From Klebsormidium nitens (taxonomy: Eukaryota; Plantae; Klebsormidiophyceae): DNA of 64,000 nucleotides. The stretch covers positions 310,001-374,000 of the forward strand of contig DF236969.1 in assembly GCA_000708835.1 (NCBI GenBank). Direction: 5' to 3'. The position numbers and the translations under genes were made by a program. Shown piece by piece: positions 12,158 to 25,600 of this stretch. Within the stretch, counting starts at the first letter, position 1. Each line of letters starts with the position of its first letter. Under the pieces are notes generated by a model. The model had not been told where the DNA came from, ran no database searches, and saw only the letters and a list, made by a program, of their open reading frames with translations.

Positions 12158-12964
12158 NNNNNNNNNNNNNNNNNNNNNNNNNNNNNNNNNNNNNNNNNNN
12201 NNNNNNNNNNNNNNNNNNNNNNNNNNNNNNNNNNNNNNNNNNNNNNNNNNNNNNNNNNNNNNNNNNNNNNNNNNNNNNNNNNNNNNNNNNNNNNNNNNNN
12301 NNNNNNNNNNNNNNNNNNNNNNNNNNNNNNNNNNNNNNNNNNNNNNNNNNNNNNNNNNNNNNNNNNNNNNNNNNNNNNNNNNNNNNNNNNNNNNNNNNNN
12401 NNNNNNNNNNNNNNNNNNNNNNNNNNNNNNNNNNNNNNNNNNNNNNNNNNNNNNNNNNNNNNNNNNNNNNNNNNNNNNNNNNNNNNNNNNNNNNNNNNNN
12501 NNNNNNNNNNNNNNNNNNNNNNNNNNNNNNNNNNNNNNNNNNNNNNNNNNNNNNNNNNNNNNNNNNNNNNNNNNNNNNNNNNNNNNNNNNNNNNNNNNNN
12601 NNNNNNNNNNNNNNNNNNNNNNNNNNNNNNNNNNNNNNNNNNNNNNNNNNNNNNNNNNNNNNNNNNNNNNNNNNNNNNNNNNNNNNNNNNNNNNNNNNNN
12701 NNNNNNNNNNNNNNNNNNNNNNNNNNNNNNNNNNNNNNNNNNNNNNNNNNNNNNNNNNNNNNNNNNNNNNNNNNNNNNNNNNNNNNNNNNNNNNNNNNNN
12801 NNNNNNNNNNNNNNNNNNNNNNNNNNNNNNNNNNNNNNNNNNNNNNNNNNNNNNNNNNNNNNNNNNNNNNNNNNNNNNNNNNNNNNNNNNNNNNNNNNNN
12901 NNNNNNNNNNNNNNNNNNNNNNNNNNNNNNNNNNNNNNNNNNNNNNNNNNNNNNNNNNNNNNNN
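12158..12964. other. Assembly gap (run of N, 807 nt)
   Basis: Directly visible. The X-filled ORFs spanning it are artefacts. Confidence 0.99.
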
Positions 12965-13167
12965 TTTAATCTGAAGTGGCACAACTACTCACGCCGTGGA
13001 AGCTTCTTAGCCTTCTGTTCGCGGTGTGGTAGCCATACGTACTCGCAGGAGACGTGGAGGCGGCCTCGATGGCGCCTTCGTTGTGCAACCAATGCAAGCG
13101 TTGACAATAATATTGGAGCCCTTCTCAATGGCTCCCTCCCCCCTCCTCGTACCACGCTGCCATTTCC

Positions 13168-16100
13168 ATGGCTTCATGGAGCCTTGCAATGTGGCCCTCT
13201 TTATCAGCCGGCAAGCTGGGGCCAGCTGTTTCCTGGCGATATCCGGAAGCTCCAATCCCAGTTCTCGTTCCATCTATCTCTCAGAGGACGCCCGTTCAAA
13301 TTCCTAAGCGGTGTTTTGGCAATGATGGTCGTGCTTCCCTCTCGCAGGAGGGGAGGGGGTTCTGGCGCCAGCGGCACTGGTCCGGCTTGCAGCGGGAACG
13401 CTTGGTTCAGTGTCGGCCTCGAGCCAGTGCTAGGTCTGCTGATTCTATTGGCTCAGCATCAGGGTACCCTGATCAGTCAGCTAAGGACAGCCGAGAGCAT
13501 GTTACTGTGAATGAACGCGCCTCCTTTCTGCACTTCAGACCGTTACCGTTTCCAGATTTGGAAGGCTGGTTGGAGGGGTTGTCAGAAGGGTGGAGGACGA
13601 CATTGTTAGTTGGTGGTTTTGCAACCCTGGCCGCTGTGGCTTGGTTCTGCAATCTGGCCGCAGCGGGTTTGGTGGATGACACAGAGCCCCTCTTTATCGA
13701 AGCAGCCCGGCAGATGCTTCTCACCGGAGACTGGATCACTCCGCAATTCAATGCTCAACCGCGGTTTGACAAGCCAGCCCTCATCTACTGGCTCGCAGCA
13801 GCTGGAGCAAGGGTGCTCGGAAGAAACAGAGCATGGGCATATCGGCTGCCCTCCACTGTCTGCGCCTCGCTGCTCATGTGGGGTTTGGTAAAGGTTGTGC
13901 GCCAGTTTGGGCTTCCCTTTGCTTCAGAGCACGCTTTAACAGGCGGCCCCATCAGCAGAAAGAAGGGCTCCCTCGTCAGTTGCATTGTGGTCGCGTGCGC
14001 TTTTGCGCTGAGCACTGAGGTCGTCGTCTGGGGGAGCATTGGTGTCTCAGACATGCTGCTGACGTCCACCACCGGGGCCTGTTTGTTGGCGTTCTTCTAC
14101 GGTTATGCCGGACAGCACCAGCGGGGATTTCGCTGGGGCTACCCTCTGTCGGCTATCTTCATGGCGCTCTCAGTCCTCAGCAAAGGCCCTGTTGGGGTGG
14201 TGGTACCCACTTTGGTGTGCGCCACTTTCTTGATGTATACAGGAGAGCTTCTGACAGTACTGCAAGAGCTGCCGCTGCTCAAGGGGGCGAGCATTGTGTT
14301 GGGATTGAATGCACCGTGGTATCTGACAATGGTTCAGAGGCACGGGCGCATGTACTGGGCGACATTCTTTGGGTACCACAATCTGGAGCGCTTCACCAAG
14401 GGCGTAAACCACCACGATGGGATGCCATTCTGGTTTCCTTCCGCCGTCGTCCTTGCTGCACACCTGGTAAGGACTTAATGTTGAAGCCTTGGCATTTGTT
14501 GTTTCCGCATTCAATGTGTGCAGTGATTGACGCACCTGTGTGAACCATCTGACTGGTGCGCTACTGGCTTTGATATTGGCAGCCTTTTTATGTTTCCATT
14601 CTGCAAGGTTGGATGCAATGAGAAGTTACATTTGGATCCAACTTTTGATGCTCTTGCAGCTTTCTCATGTGTTGCTCATGTGCTCCAGCTGTCTTTGCAA
14701 AGCGTGCACGTTCTTCCAGAGTCGCGTTGCAATCAAGTTTCTTTCAGAGTAGCTTTGCAATCAAGATGGCTTTCTGAACCTTTTCTCTGTTCCTGCATTA
14801 CAGCCCTGGTCCCTCGCCGTCCCTGTGGCCCTCCTCCGCTCCCGTCTCCACTCCCACCGCTCCCTCTGGCTGGCCACTTCCCGCGAGGATCGCCTGGTAC
14901 CCTTTGCCGCGTCCTGGTTCCTTGCGGTCTTCGCCTTCTTCTCGTCATCAGCATCCCAGCTGCCATCCTACTACCTCCCCCTGAGCCCCGCCGTTGCGCT
15001 CTTGGCCGCGTCTCTACTGACTTGGCAAGAGAGGAGAGAAGACAAGCCGGAGGCTGAGGAGCAGGAAGGTGTGCCGCCAAATGTTGCAAGACTGACTGCG
15101 GCGAGTACGCTGGCCGCTTATGCGCTGCAGGCGGTGGCGCTGTCACAGCTGCCTGCGATGCTGGCCTCCTCAGCGGATGCAAAGGTGAGGCCAGCCTGTT
15201 TGCTCTGCGCTTCCTTCTTTCTGGTTCTGGTATCTGCAAACATGACCATTATCATCAAGTTATAGTTGGACCTTTTGTTCCGTGGATACTTGGTTTGTGA
15301 GTGTTCTTGGCCTCTGATTTGGTTGCTTCTGTTCAAACGAACTTGACTTCAGTGGAGCTGCTTTGTAATCATGTCTTTCAATGTCCGATGTTTTCCTTCA
15401 AGATGGCAGAGGCTGCGTGTTTGAATCATTCTTGAACCACAGGTTTGCATGGCTGTCGGAGGCGCTTTTGTTCTGACCCGGACATCTCCTGTGCAGGCCA
15501 TCGAGATTGGGATCAGAATAGCAGCCCAGCATCTCCACTGGACCGGCACTGCCATCTTTGGTGCTGGCGCGCTCGCAGTCACCCGCACACACGAGTTTTC
15601 TGCCGTCACAAAACCCCTCCATTCAGAAGCCCACCAAAGCCCCTCCAGCGGACCCATTAAGCGCAAGCTGCGCCTTCCCCTGTGGGTAGTCCAGGCTGCC
15701 ACGGGCACGATCTTCCTAGCAGCTTTCTTTACCCCAGCCTACGCACTATTTGACCGGGTGCGGCAGCAACCATTGCGCCAGCTGGCGGTAACGGCTGCCA
15801 GCTGTCAGCGTGAGGGCGAGCCGCTGTGCATGGTGGGCCCAAAGATGCCCTCTGTGGTCTTCTATGCGCAGCGCCCAGTTGCATTCTTTGATGACATGAA
15901 GCAGGCGACATTTGCGCTGACAAACGAGGCTAAGGCTGGGTAAGCCAGTCTTTTCGTTTGATGATGTTTGGGTGACCAAATGATGGGGTGTTGCACGTCC
16001 ATACGCGAGAATGACGATTGTGGATCTACTTTGCTCTCCATCCGCCTTCGTTAATCCCAACCGTGTAGGTCTCCAATGACACGGTTGTTTCATATAAGGC

Positions 16101-16602
16101 GGAAAGTAAAACGGAAGTTTCGCTGACAGCACCCAATATACATGGGTGTCCATCTGATAGTAACTTCTCGGACATTCTGCAATAAAAGGACAAAGCGTCA
16201 ATCTTGTAGCTTAGTGTCCTCTGTCAGTTTCTTTTGCAGTCCTGTAACAGCGCCCGCTGGTTGCGGTCTGCTTATGAGGACCTCTGTTGTTCGTCTTTGC
16301 AATTGTTTACTTAGTTGACTTTGCGATTCTGTTCTGTTTCGGTGGAGAGAAGTTGTAAAAGTTAGTCATTGAGGGCGTTTGTTGTAGGGTGTTGAATGGC
16401 TAAAGCGGTCGACGACGTATCATTGTCCATTTAGCCAAAAGCTTGATCAATTGTCAGCAACTCTTCATTGGTCTTCCTCTACAGCGTCAAGTCCGCTCTG
16501 CTGCTGGGTGATGCTGCGGACATGGACGGCTCCCTCTTGGACGAGGCGGACGTTGCAAGCGCTGGCGGGTACGTCCTCAAGCGGATGTTTGTCCCGGAGT
16601 AG
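13168..16602 (+). CDS. ArnT/PMT_2-type (GT83/GT39, GT-C fold) polytopic membrane glycosyltransferase, bacterial/cyanobacterial type, with N-terminal transit-peptide-like extension
   Basis: Exons 13168-14466, 14804-15184, 15443-15939, 16485-16602 are phase-consistent, about 764 aa. Family motifs: DDTEPLFIEAARQMLLTGDWITPQFNAQPRFDKPALIYWL, AYRLPS, SDMLL, LSKGPVGVVVP, LNAPWYL, YHNLERF, HL|PWS, SQLPSYYLPLSPAVALL, PSVVFY. About 140 aa Ser/Arg/Pro-rich N-terminal extension. The exon 3 acceptor is the least certain. Confidence 0.88.
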
Positions 16603-19173
16603 GGGCCTCGGCTGCCCAGAAGAAGGGGGCAGATCCGGCGCAAGTGTTGGCAACACGCCAGGCTTGACTGTCATGTGAGGCGACTTTTCATGTAGTTTGT
16701 TTCAGTCATCTTTGAGAGGCTCCGGATTGATTTCTTGTGAACGATTGTTTAGTCAGTGTAGTTCACAGATTCGAGATTCTCATATTCACGAACTGAGAGC
16801 CTCACGAACAACGCGGCAAGTTCTAAAGGCGTCTTTCTTGAAAGTAGGCGTCCTTCTTTCTTGACGCTGTGCATTTTACTGCCGCTGTACATTATTCCGG
16901 CGTGGCTCTGGTTGTCTTTTCTCTTTTTATTGCCACAGTAGGCCAAGGCAGGGGGAAGAAATGGGTGTCTCAGTGATGATCAAAACATAGACCTGTTCTG
17001 ACCTCCAATGAGGAATCAACATGCACCACTATCTGAGAGACACGCAATTCGAAACCCCTTTGTACGAGCCTCTGTTCATGAGCAGGAGAGTTTGCATCAT
17101 CCTGGCAGGAACAGTCTGCAAAGCATGGTCTTTCATGTCGGCTGGTGTCCCGAGCAACCCTGCTTGAGACTTTTTGCATGCTGTACTTTCAAAACTGGAC
17201 GGTGCTTGTAATTTTTTGCGTTTTCGCTAGTTTCTAAGTATTGTTGGGCAGGGGCAGAGAGCAGCCTGTGATGTAAATTTAAATCCGAAAACATCTGAAC
17301 ACCATGATGTTACTTAATCACCATCTTTCGACTGAGGCTACGCTCTGCAATCGCCCCCGCGTTTTGTTTTCTCCTTATCTATCTCCACGTTTGTTGTGGC
17401 GCTTGCCCCTTACTTCTTCTTTTGCTGTTTTGATCAGGTTGATGTCTTCGGTTCATCTTTGCTGCTTTGCTGATCATCGATGGTGCTTCCTTCTTGGGTA
17501 CTTTCACGATTGGCGGGGCATAGACCGATCTGGCGAGATTTCGTTTCAGTGCTTGCATCCAATCGAGTCCTGATTGTTGCTCGCCCATATGTTCTTTCCT
17601 AGTAGAGGAAGTTATTGCGCATCTCTGGCAGTTGTATTGCTATTTACGAGGACTGTGCATGACTGGCCTCGCCCTCAGATCATGTTATTTGCATGTTTGC
17701 AGGATATCAAGTATCTGTAGAGCGTATAATGAGGAGGCCCCGAGCATGTGTATAGTCAGTAGGTAGTGTATATAATTAGTATTTTAGATCCTATACTTGA
17801 AACCGTTGGATCCTGAAAAGTTGTACATATTATTATATATATATTGTACAACTTTGCAAAGACTGAGCCTTAGTTTTCGCCAAGCTAATGAAGATACATG
17901 CGTATAGTTAATCGGAGCTGCTACTAATTGTAAATCGGACTGTGAAGCAGCTGTGTAATGGTTGGGAGTCGAAGCTTCTGCGGGAATTAGTGTCACGACT
18001 CACGACCTATTTGAAAAGAATCATTCTTATCAAGACAACAGGTTTTTACCGAATTGCACCCGGCTCTGCGGCCTGATCACTTCACTCAAGATCTGAGTCT
18101 AGCCCGCTCTCTAGCTTTACTTTTGCACAATTCATGGTGCGTCTGACTAATTGCATAGACACTTACAGAGTGTAGTGTTCCCACCGTGACCATCATCCAA
18201 GTGTTGCACATGACGGACTGCATGTTGATGTCACGAAAGCTATAAGAAAGGGGTTCATTGCAATCACTGTATAGTTTGTATACTTCATAATGGTGGTCAC
18301 CTGCGGTGCTCTATCAGGTGCGGTCTCTTTATTCGATCTGGGATTTTCCACATATGTCGCACTGGGTATCAATGTCGTGATGCTGCCAAGCGCGAGAGCC
18401 TTAGGCTGCGCCTGGACATGTGCGAGGGCAGTAAGTTTGCTAAATGAGGCTCAGGCTTGCCAAGTTGTGAGCATGACATATAAGGAGTAGAGACATGTGC
18501 ACTTGGCAAGTCAAGAAACGTACATATGGTGTTTGATGTTTTCGATCTTTTAAACGCCGTAGCCACCCATGAGCCGTAGGTCGATCTCACATACGAATAA
18601 TTGTAAGTACAACTTTCAGCTTGACATGTGTACCTAGCCTCAGTCTCACGCATTAACCCAAATCTGCCTTGTGGTGTACCTCATGGTACAGGCAAGTCGA
18701 CGCTGCCTCGGTAAGTGGGGTATTTGAAAGAGCCAAAGCATCTCCTTGCTGCGACTGATTGCGATCAAGTGCTAGAATGGACGTACTGCTGGCGAGAACT
18801 GCCGGCGGATCCATTCGTGTACAAACGACTAGACTGCGCAACCCTGGATCGATCGACTATCTTTGTTTTGCTGTAAGTCCGCATGATGTCCAACGCTAAC
18901 AAGGCCATGAAGCCCATAGTAAATGCCCAAATCAACTGAAGCAGCTCCCGCACTCGGCAAGTCTGTCTAAAGTCGAAGTTCTCACGTAAAGCTAATATAG
19001 GAACAGTTCGAAGGTCCGTCACCCTTCAATTTTCTAAGAACGGTCGTATGCGGACTTCTACTAGCCTGCCTGATGCCTGCAACATGAATCTACTTGATCA
19101 CTGGTGCACCTTCCACAGGAGATTGCCCCCCCAGCCCCAGAGCCTTAACTTAATCCGACTTGGCTATCTACTT

Positions 19174-21798
19174 CTAAGGGGGCGTCTTCCGGACTACTAC
19201 CTGCAAAGTTCAAAATAAGCAAGCTCAAAGCAGCACGAGGGAAAGACACGACGTCATCAGGAGCGCTGATCAGACTGCCTTTCAAACTGCGCCAGCTCGT
19301 GGCAAGTCGCAGACGGTGAGAAGGTCGTCAAAAGCACGGAACAGCCACTCTGTGAAGCTTTACTGTCTTGCCAAGATTGCCTGAACACGCGGCTCATCAA
19401 GGATGATTGTAGTCGTCGTATACAGGCAAAGCGCCGAAGTAGACCAAGACCATCGACGATTCAGATTGGAGGCAAGCACCTTTATTACCCCAGAACACAT
19501 GCGCTAGAAACTGAACGTTTCCTTTCCGGTGAGCACCTACAGACGGAGTCCTGTTTTGCATTTTGACCAAGAGAACCAAGATCTCAATCAGCGAGAAATA
19601 CGACCCTGAAAGCAAGGGTGTCAAAATCCAGTAAGGTACTGAACGGGAATTCCTGGATTGAGTAGGTGACTTACTCCTTCCTCGGGTAGAAAACCCCAGG
19701 TCGCCTTACCAAGGTAAGGAATCATGCATTGACGCAGCACGAGGAGGGGACTGAGGAACGGAGCAACCAAAGCGGGACATCCACGAGGCTCACCTTGCCC
19801 CGGTTGCTTTTGTCCCCAACAATCGTTTGGCATGCGAGCCTGTACGTGTCGGGCTTCTGCACGAAGAATAAAGGGTCGTTGCATATCTCTAGAACCGGAC
19901 GCCTCAGCCGAACCACCATAGATCCGCGAAGGCGTCTGACCAAGGCTTACAGTGGCAAGTACAGACGGAAAGCGTGATGCGCATCATGCTTACAATCGGG
20001 GGAACCCATCTCCTCACAAGGAAACAGAACGTTGTGCCACCAGATAGAACCTTGGAAGATTGCCTTACGGCACCTTGCAACCACGACTTTGTTCTTAGCA
20101 TGCTGCTCAAGCTGTCCGAGCTAGAAAACGGCCCACACTCATCTACAAGAACTTCTGCTCAGAAAAGCATATCGACAACCAGCAGCAAGCGCCAACAGCG
20201 GAGGGGAATTGTTATTGGGACAAGCGCCAGTACCTTTTTCAGGTACTTGTACTCTGCGTCTGTCCGTTCACTCAACAACTCCGCACCCTCCAAAATCTCA
20301 ACCTCGCAAGTTCCACAATTCCCTGCTCCCCCGCAATTCATCAACTTGCCCTGCATCAAATCAAAGAAAGCCCGCAATATGACGAGATCGGCCCGGCCCC
20401 ACAGTGATCCTCATAAGAGGGAACACTGTCCCCTGACTCCATGTGACAAAACGTCCCACACTGCTCTACAGCCTATAACCTTAACTTCTTCATCGAGGAC
20501 ACTTAAAGTGTGACAACCGGAACTTGCAAACAAGCGAGCATGCGGGAAGCAGACCCCGAAAGTAGAAAAACCAGTTCTGTGTACACTATTGGTCGGGTTC
20601 ACATAGGGGAGAGAACAAGAGCAGCGCAAGCTTCATTTGTACGACTTCCACAAAGCGGGGGCTTTGAGTACAACTCACATAGAGCTTGTACAACTCAATC
20701 TTGTTCTCCTGCATGAGGTTCCGGAGCACCTTGGTCCCGCTCACAGTCTTGGCGTAATCCACCTTGTCACCCTTGGTCTGCAGCCACATAGAGCGTCATG
20801 GTTTTCTTACACAGCCCACGATCGGTCTGAATCACTTTTGTCTAATCCACACATTGGATCCCTACCGAGCACAAAAAAGGTAACAGCATTGCCCCCACAT
20901 AACACTTCACCTTCTGGAAGGAAGCACCATCAAGAGCAAACGGACAACAGAACTGTTTGAGCCCTCTGCATGATCTCAAGCACCGGTCAAATCTCCAGAA
21001 TTTTCCCTACTTGACTTGGAAGAGTGCTTACGGGCTGGAACTCCAGCTCAATGAACGGTGGACCATCATCTTCTCCCTCCGTTTCCTTGACCGCTTCCGT
21101 AGATACAGGCGCTGGCTGCGCCTCATGCTCTACAGCTTGACATGCAACCCGCCTATTTGTAGTAGTGTTGAGCTTAGTTGACCGCAGGTCCAAGCAAGTC
21201 AGACGCCCCCAGTGGACATTTTCCCTTCGTGGACCTGCAAAAAGTGCATTAATGAACTTGGGCTGTCCCTGCTGCAAAAGCGAGATCTCTTCTCAACATC
21301 TGCAAAGTCTGGAAATTTACAAGTAAGAATCATAAAAACATGATGTAAACATAGATTCTCTCAACAACCTGGAAATAGTTGAAGTCCGGTTTTGAGGTCG
21401 GAACGGGTCTCATATGAAAGTCAGAAGGGAAACGCCTCAGCGCCACTCATCGTAATTTTGGTTGAGCAATCAATCAGAAAAGGAGTGGGGGTGTAAAGCC
21501 CTTGGTTCCTGCCAGTTCAAACAATGTTCAAAGAAGCTGCACCCGCATGGCACTAGCATGTCTCTGCAGATCCTGATGCAAGCCGATGACCTGAAGCGTT
21601 CGTGACTTGATTTTGATAAAGCGACTTCCTTTTCTCTGTACCGCTCAGTGCCACTGCGAAGGCAGTCCTTTTGAACCTAAAGGTGAGTGGGCAAACACAA
21701 ACAAAGAAGTTCCCTAAACGAGACACAAATTTCTGTCCGTAACATGGACAGTGGCAGCATTGCAGATTGCCAGGCTTGCTTACTTGCCTGGTTGCCAT
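19174..21798 (-). CDS. PNSB3: Photosynthetic NDH subunit PnsB3/NDF4-like 2Fe-2S ferredoxin-fold protein
   Basis: Exons 21798-21784 (MATRQ, tentative), 21271-21032, 20777-20679, 20350-20234, 19856-19794, 19200-19174, about 186 aa. PFIELEFQP|[33 protein letters not shown]|[39 protein letters not shown]|[21 protein letters not shown]|VVVRKTPP* closely follows the PnsB3 pattern, with Cys motif Cx5Cx2C...C. Confidence 0.85.
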
Positions 21799-22649
21799 AG
21801 AGAGCTTTTGAGAGGCGCTACCATCGTCTTACTCGAACCTTCCATCTCCTGCAACACTCTTCCAGGATAGTTACAAGCCGCCTTGCTGTTACAGACCGGC
21901 AACAGGTGACAGGACATGGAAGCCATTTTCGTGGAAGCGGAGACCCCACGAGGAGTGCACTGGATGCTAGGGGAAGATTCTTTTACAGGGCTTTTACATG
22001 TAACCCTGCAGATTGGTGGACTGGTACCAGTCGGCGCCCCACTTCTCCTTCAAACTAAAAGCTCGTTCAAAACTTTCTAAGTAAAAGAACAACCGTCAAA
22101 AGAATGCTCTTGTCATTGAGGCCTCAGGCTCAGGTTCTGGAAAACTCCGAATGAAGGCTGAAGGCTGAAGCTCTGGCTAAGACTTAAGAGTCAACACACA
22201 GTATTTTAGCCAACAGCGAGCTGCCACGTCGCTCGTGTCTGCTTTCCGATTGGTGCAAAATTTGGAGGATCCCTCTGCTCCGAAGTCTGTCTGCGACTGG
22301 ATTTGGCGCGAGCAAGGCGCTGCGGCTGGGTATAGCCTAATTGATACCAGCCTGAGGGTAAGATACATTTGTCCGGAATCTGCCTGGGCGTTAGGCCCTC
22401 TGAATGTACATATGTAGCAGCTAGAACTGGCAAGAAAGACAAAGGTAACATACTGTAAGATCCAAGGAGGGAATGCAGCGCAAACGGGCCAGGGAGTAGG
22501 TAGAAGCTCGCCGTAAATGTGCCTTTGACTCAAGCACAGCCTGCAAGGAGTCATTGGAGAAAACCGGCGTCGCATAATGTGATAGCCCTGTTCAAGACGA
22601 GTGGCCAAGCTTTCGTTGCGCGTTCTGATAAGAGTGATCCGCTTCATCC

Positions 22650-25600
22650 ATGGCGCTGGCGTTCAAAGACGCCGCTGTGGCTGAACAGGCTCTTTGCTTT
22701 GCCTCTCAGAAGACGGGGCTTCCAAATGGTGGTGAAATGCAGAAGTGCTCTTCATATATGAATGTCCCATGTCAAGCTGGACCAGCAACATGTGCTGGCA
22801 TTGCAAAGCTGAGAGCGGTCAGAGAGGGCAGGTTTTTGAGTAGCGGCGAATTGGGACACAGACTATTGAGGCCCCGGTGCCTTCCTGGAGGGCAATGTCT
22901 TCATATCGGGACTGGGCGAGGGAAGCGGTGTTGCTCACCGGCATTAAGAAGTGGTGCAATCAAGATAGCAGCACCCGACGTCGCTGACATCATAACGGAT
23001 GGTGCTGCGGAAGGCAGGGTGCTCGAGCCCCTTGTTGATCAAGCTGGGGGAAGAATGCAGGGACTCAGTAGTGTAGCTGGATCATATGACATCGTGATCC
23101 TTACCAATGGGCCCGGGGAAGTGGCAGCCTGGGTGAAACCAGTGGTCAAGGCACTCAGAAGGGGATTTGGAGAAGACAGAGAGAAGCTCAGGATCTCGGT
23201 AAGCCACATGATTCCATCTCTTATTCTATCAGGATCAACTGCCTTGCCTTGTTCCACAGGTTGCTTGAGAATTCAAATGCAAATGTGAGTCCAACGAGCT
23301 TGTGCCTAGGCTTGCATCAACATGATCTGCTTTCCTGCTTTCTTTATACAGAGTGCTGAACTTCTGGCGGAAGGACTGAGGTCCAAACATCAACCAGGTC
23401 AGCTCTGATGTACCGCAGTGTTGGTACATCAAAGACTGAGCTGCTATGCTGCTATTCTCACGTCTTGAACGCCTTATTGCAGGTTGTGCTCTCTCCTTGC
23501 CCCCACGCTTCTCAGCAAGAGGCTGCCCTAGTACGCTCGTTCCCAGAAGTTGACCGCTGCCAGGTAAAGTTGCTGCGCTTTCTATTTTTCAAGGCCAACT
23601 GTTGTCGAGATCTTAGCAACTTCTCTGCAGCAGTCTGCGTCTTCACATTTGATCATGCCAACCAGAATCAACCTTCTTGACCATTGTCTTGGCAACTTCA
23701 TTGCGCACTTCCAGAGTCTATCCTGACAAAAGCACTGTCGATAAGAACCTGAGTCTTTCAGTACAAAGAAGCGTTTTCTGGGGCAGCCTCTTTCTTTCTG
23801 CCAACAGATAGAAGCCCCCCTCCACAGGAAGCCCGGCACTTCACGTCGCTCTTGGTGTGGGGGCAGACTGCAGAGGGCTGGGACTGGCGCAAGAATGGGG
23901 TGTCCCTGTTCCTGGGAGGAGATCAGTTCAATGCGGTCAGTGTTTCGGCGACCCCCCAGCCTCTAAGCACCATCGAAGTTGCACGGGTGTAGTTTACTGA
24001 CGGGTCTCAGTCTGCAGAATTACCTCATGTCACCTTAGAATATCACTCAACAAGTTACATGGTCTTATGAAGTACACTGCCTGTGGTGCTTCTTGTGGGA
24101 TTTGTGGCGATTGTGTAGACTAGCCTGAAAGCCCTTGTTGAAAAGGTGAGTTTCCACAGACAGTTACAAGAATCTCTGTATTTTTCGCAGTTGGTGTTAG
24201 GCTGGCGACTTGGCTACAAGACGGTTCTATACGCTGAGGAGGCTGTTCGGTGGGCCTGGTGAGCCGAATGTCATACTCAACTCATACTTGATGCTTCAAG
24301 GCTTACTTTCGTATGTGTTTTCAAGCGCAGAATCTTTAGAAATTTTCCCTTGGCGCGGCACTTTCCGTCTTGGAACATCGATCTCTTGTGCCGTGCATTT
24401 GAATGTTGCTGATGTCAGATACCGCTAAAATTTGAAAGACAGCTACTTTTGTGCAGCTACTCCCTGTGGCGAGTCACAACGTCGGTCTCAATTCACGGTT
24501 GATGGAGCATAGAACTGATTCCAAACGAACTTCGTGTAACTGACTGTCTCGGTGCTTCTTTCAGGCTCGCCGACGCCTACTTCCTGCGCAACGCGTCTCT
24601 TCTAACTGGCGTCCCCTCCTTTGCGCAAAAGCGCTGCGAAATAGTAGGGGATCTCTTCGTAGACGCGGTCAGTGAAGATAGAAAAGCCAGCTTCGGCGAG
24701 ACCGTAGCCGCAGCTAACCTCAACACCCCCAAACAGAGTTTTAACACGAGTAGAGAAAGGCAAGCCGATGTGGAGCGTTCTTCTGCCGGCTCGAACGAAA
24801 GCACAAACGGGGCAGCGAATCTAGACCTAGAAACGGCGGTTCCTGGGACGAGGGACTTCAGCACAGAGGACGCCGATCGTATTCGAAGTCACTCAGAGGC
24901 TGGCACACGGGAACAACTGAAGGGCCATTTTACGGTCGGGATTCTGCCCGGTTCGAAGCCAGCGAAGCTAGGGCTCGGGGTGCCGTACTTCCTGGCGGCT
25001 GTCGACCGGATACGTGCCGAGTGAGAACACAGATCCACCGGTTCTTTTGATTGTTCTCAACAGGACGGGTTTCCTGAAGACTCATCTCTTCTATAAAAGC
25101 CCAGACTGGGCTGATCTGTCTGCACAACATGGCTTACAAATGACTGTAAAAACCTTTCGATTGTCAAGCTCATTCAACCAACCACAGAGGCAGGAGGACG
25201 GATACTACCTAGAACATTTCTTACTTAAGATTGAGGCTCGTTCGTCAAGATCCTCAGAATGCCAATCGTTTTCGGGTGTCTATCAGCCGCCTGTCCTTTT
25301 CCGATCCGTAAATCCGCCGATAGTTAAAATTTTGCTTCTCCCTGTAGCCTTCCATTTCCAATCACTATGCATCTTCCACCTTGACGTGCACACGTTACCC
25401 CTCGTTGCATATCCTTCAAACTCTTTTGAGTCTCGTCGGACAAGGCCGACGTTGAGGCATTACTTGAAACGTGCCTTTTGCCCGCAGATCTCCGGACGTC
25501 CGATTCGTACTGCCGCTAGCTCCCACGGTCAGCCTGGAAGAGCTGGCCGCGCAGGCCTGCCCGGACCGGAACCCCAACATACACCAGTTTGGTTGGACGT

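Noticed and set aside
12103-12984. Four long ORFs (278-293 aa) in the track
   Set aside because: They consist of X residues spanning the N gap; artefacts.
18765-19022. 85-aa minus-strand ORF with a hydrophobic stretch downstream of PnsB3
   Set aside because: Non-ATG start, no family match, and probably within a 3' UTR or intergenic region.
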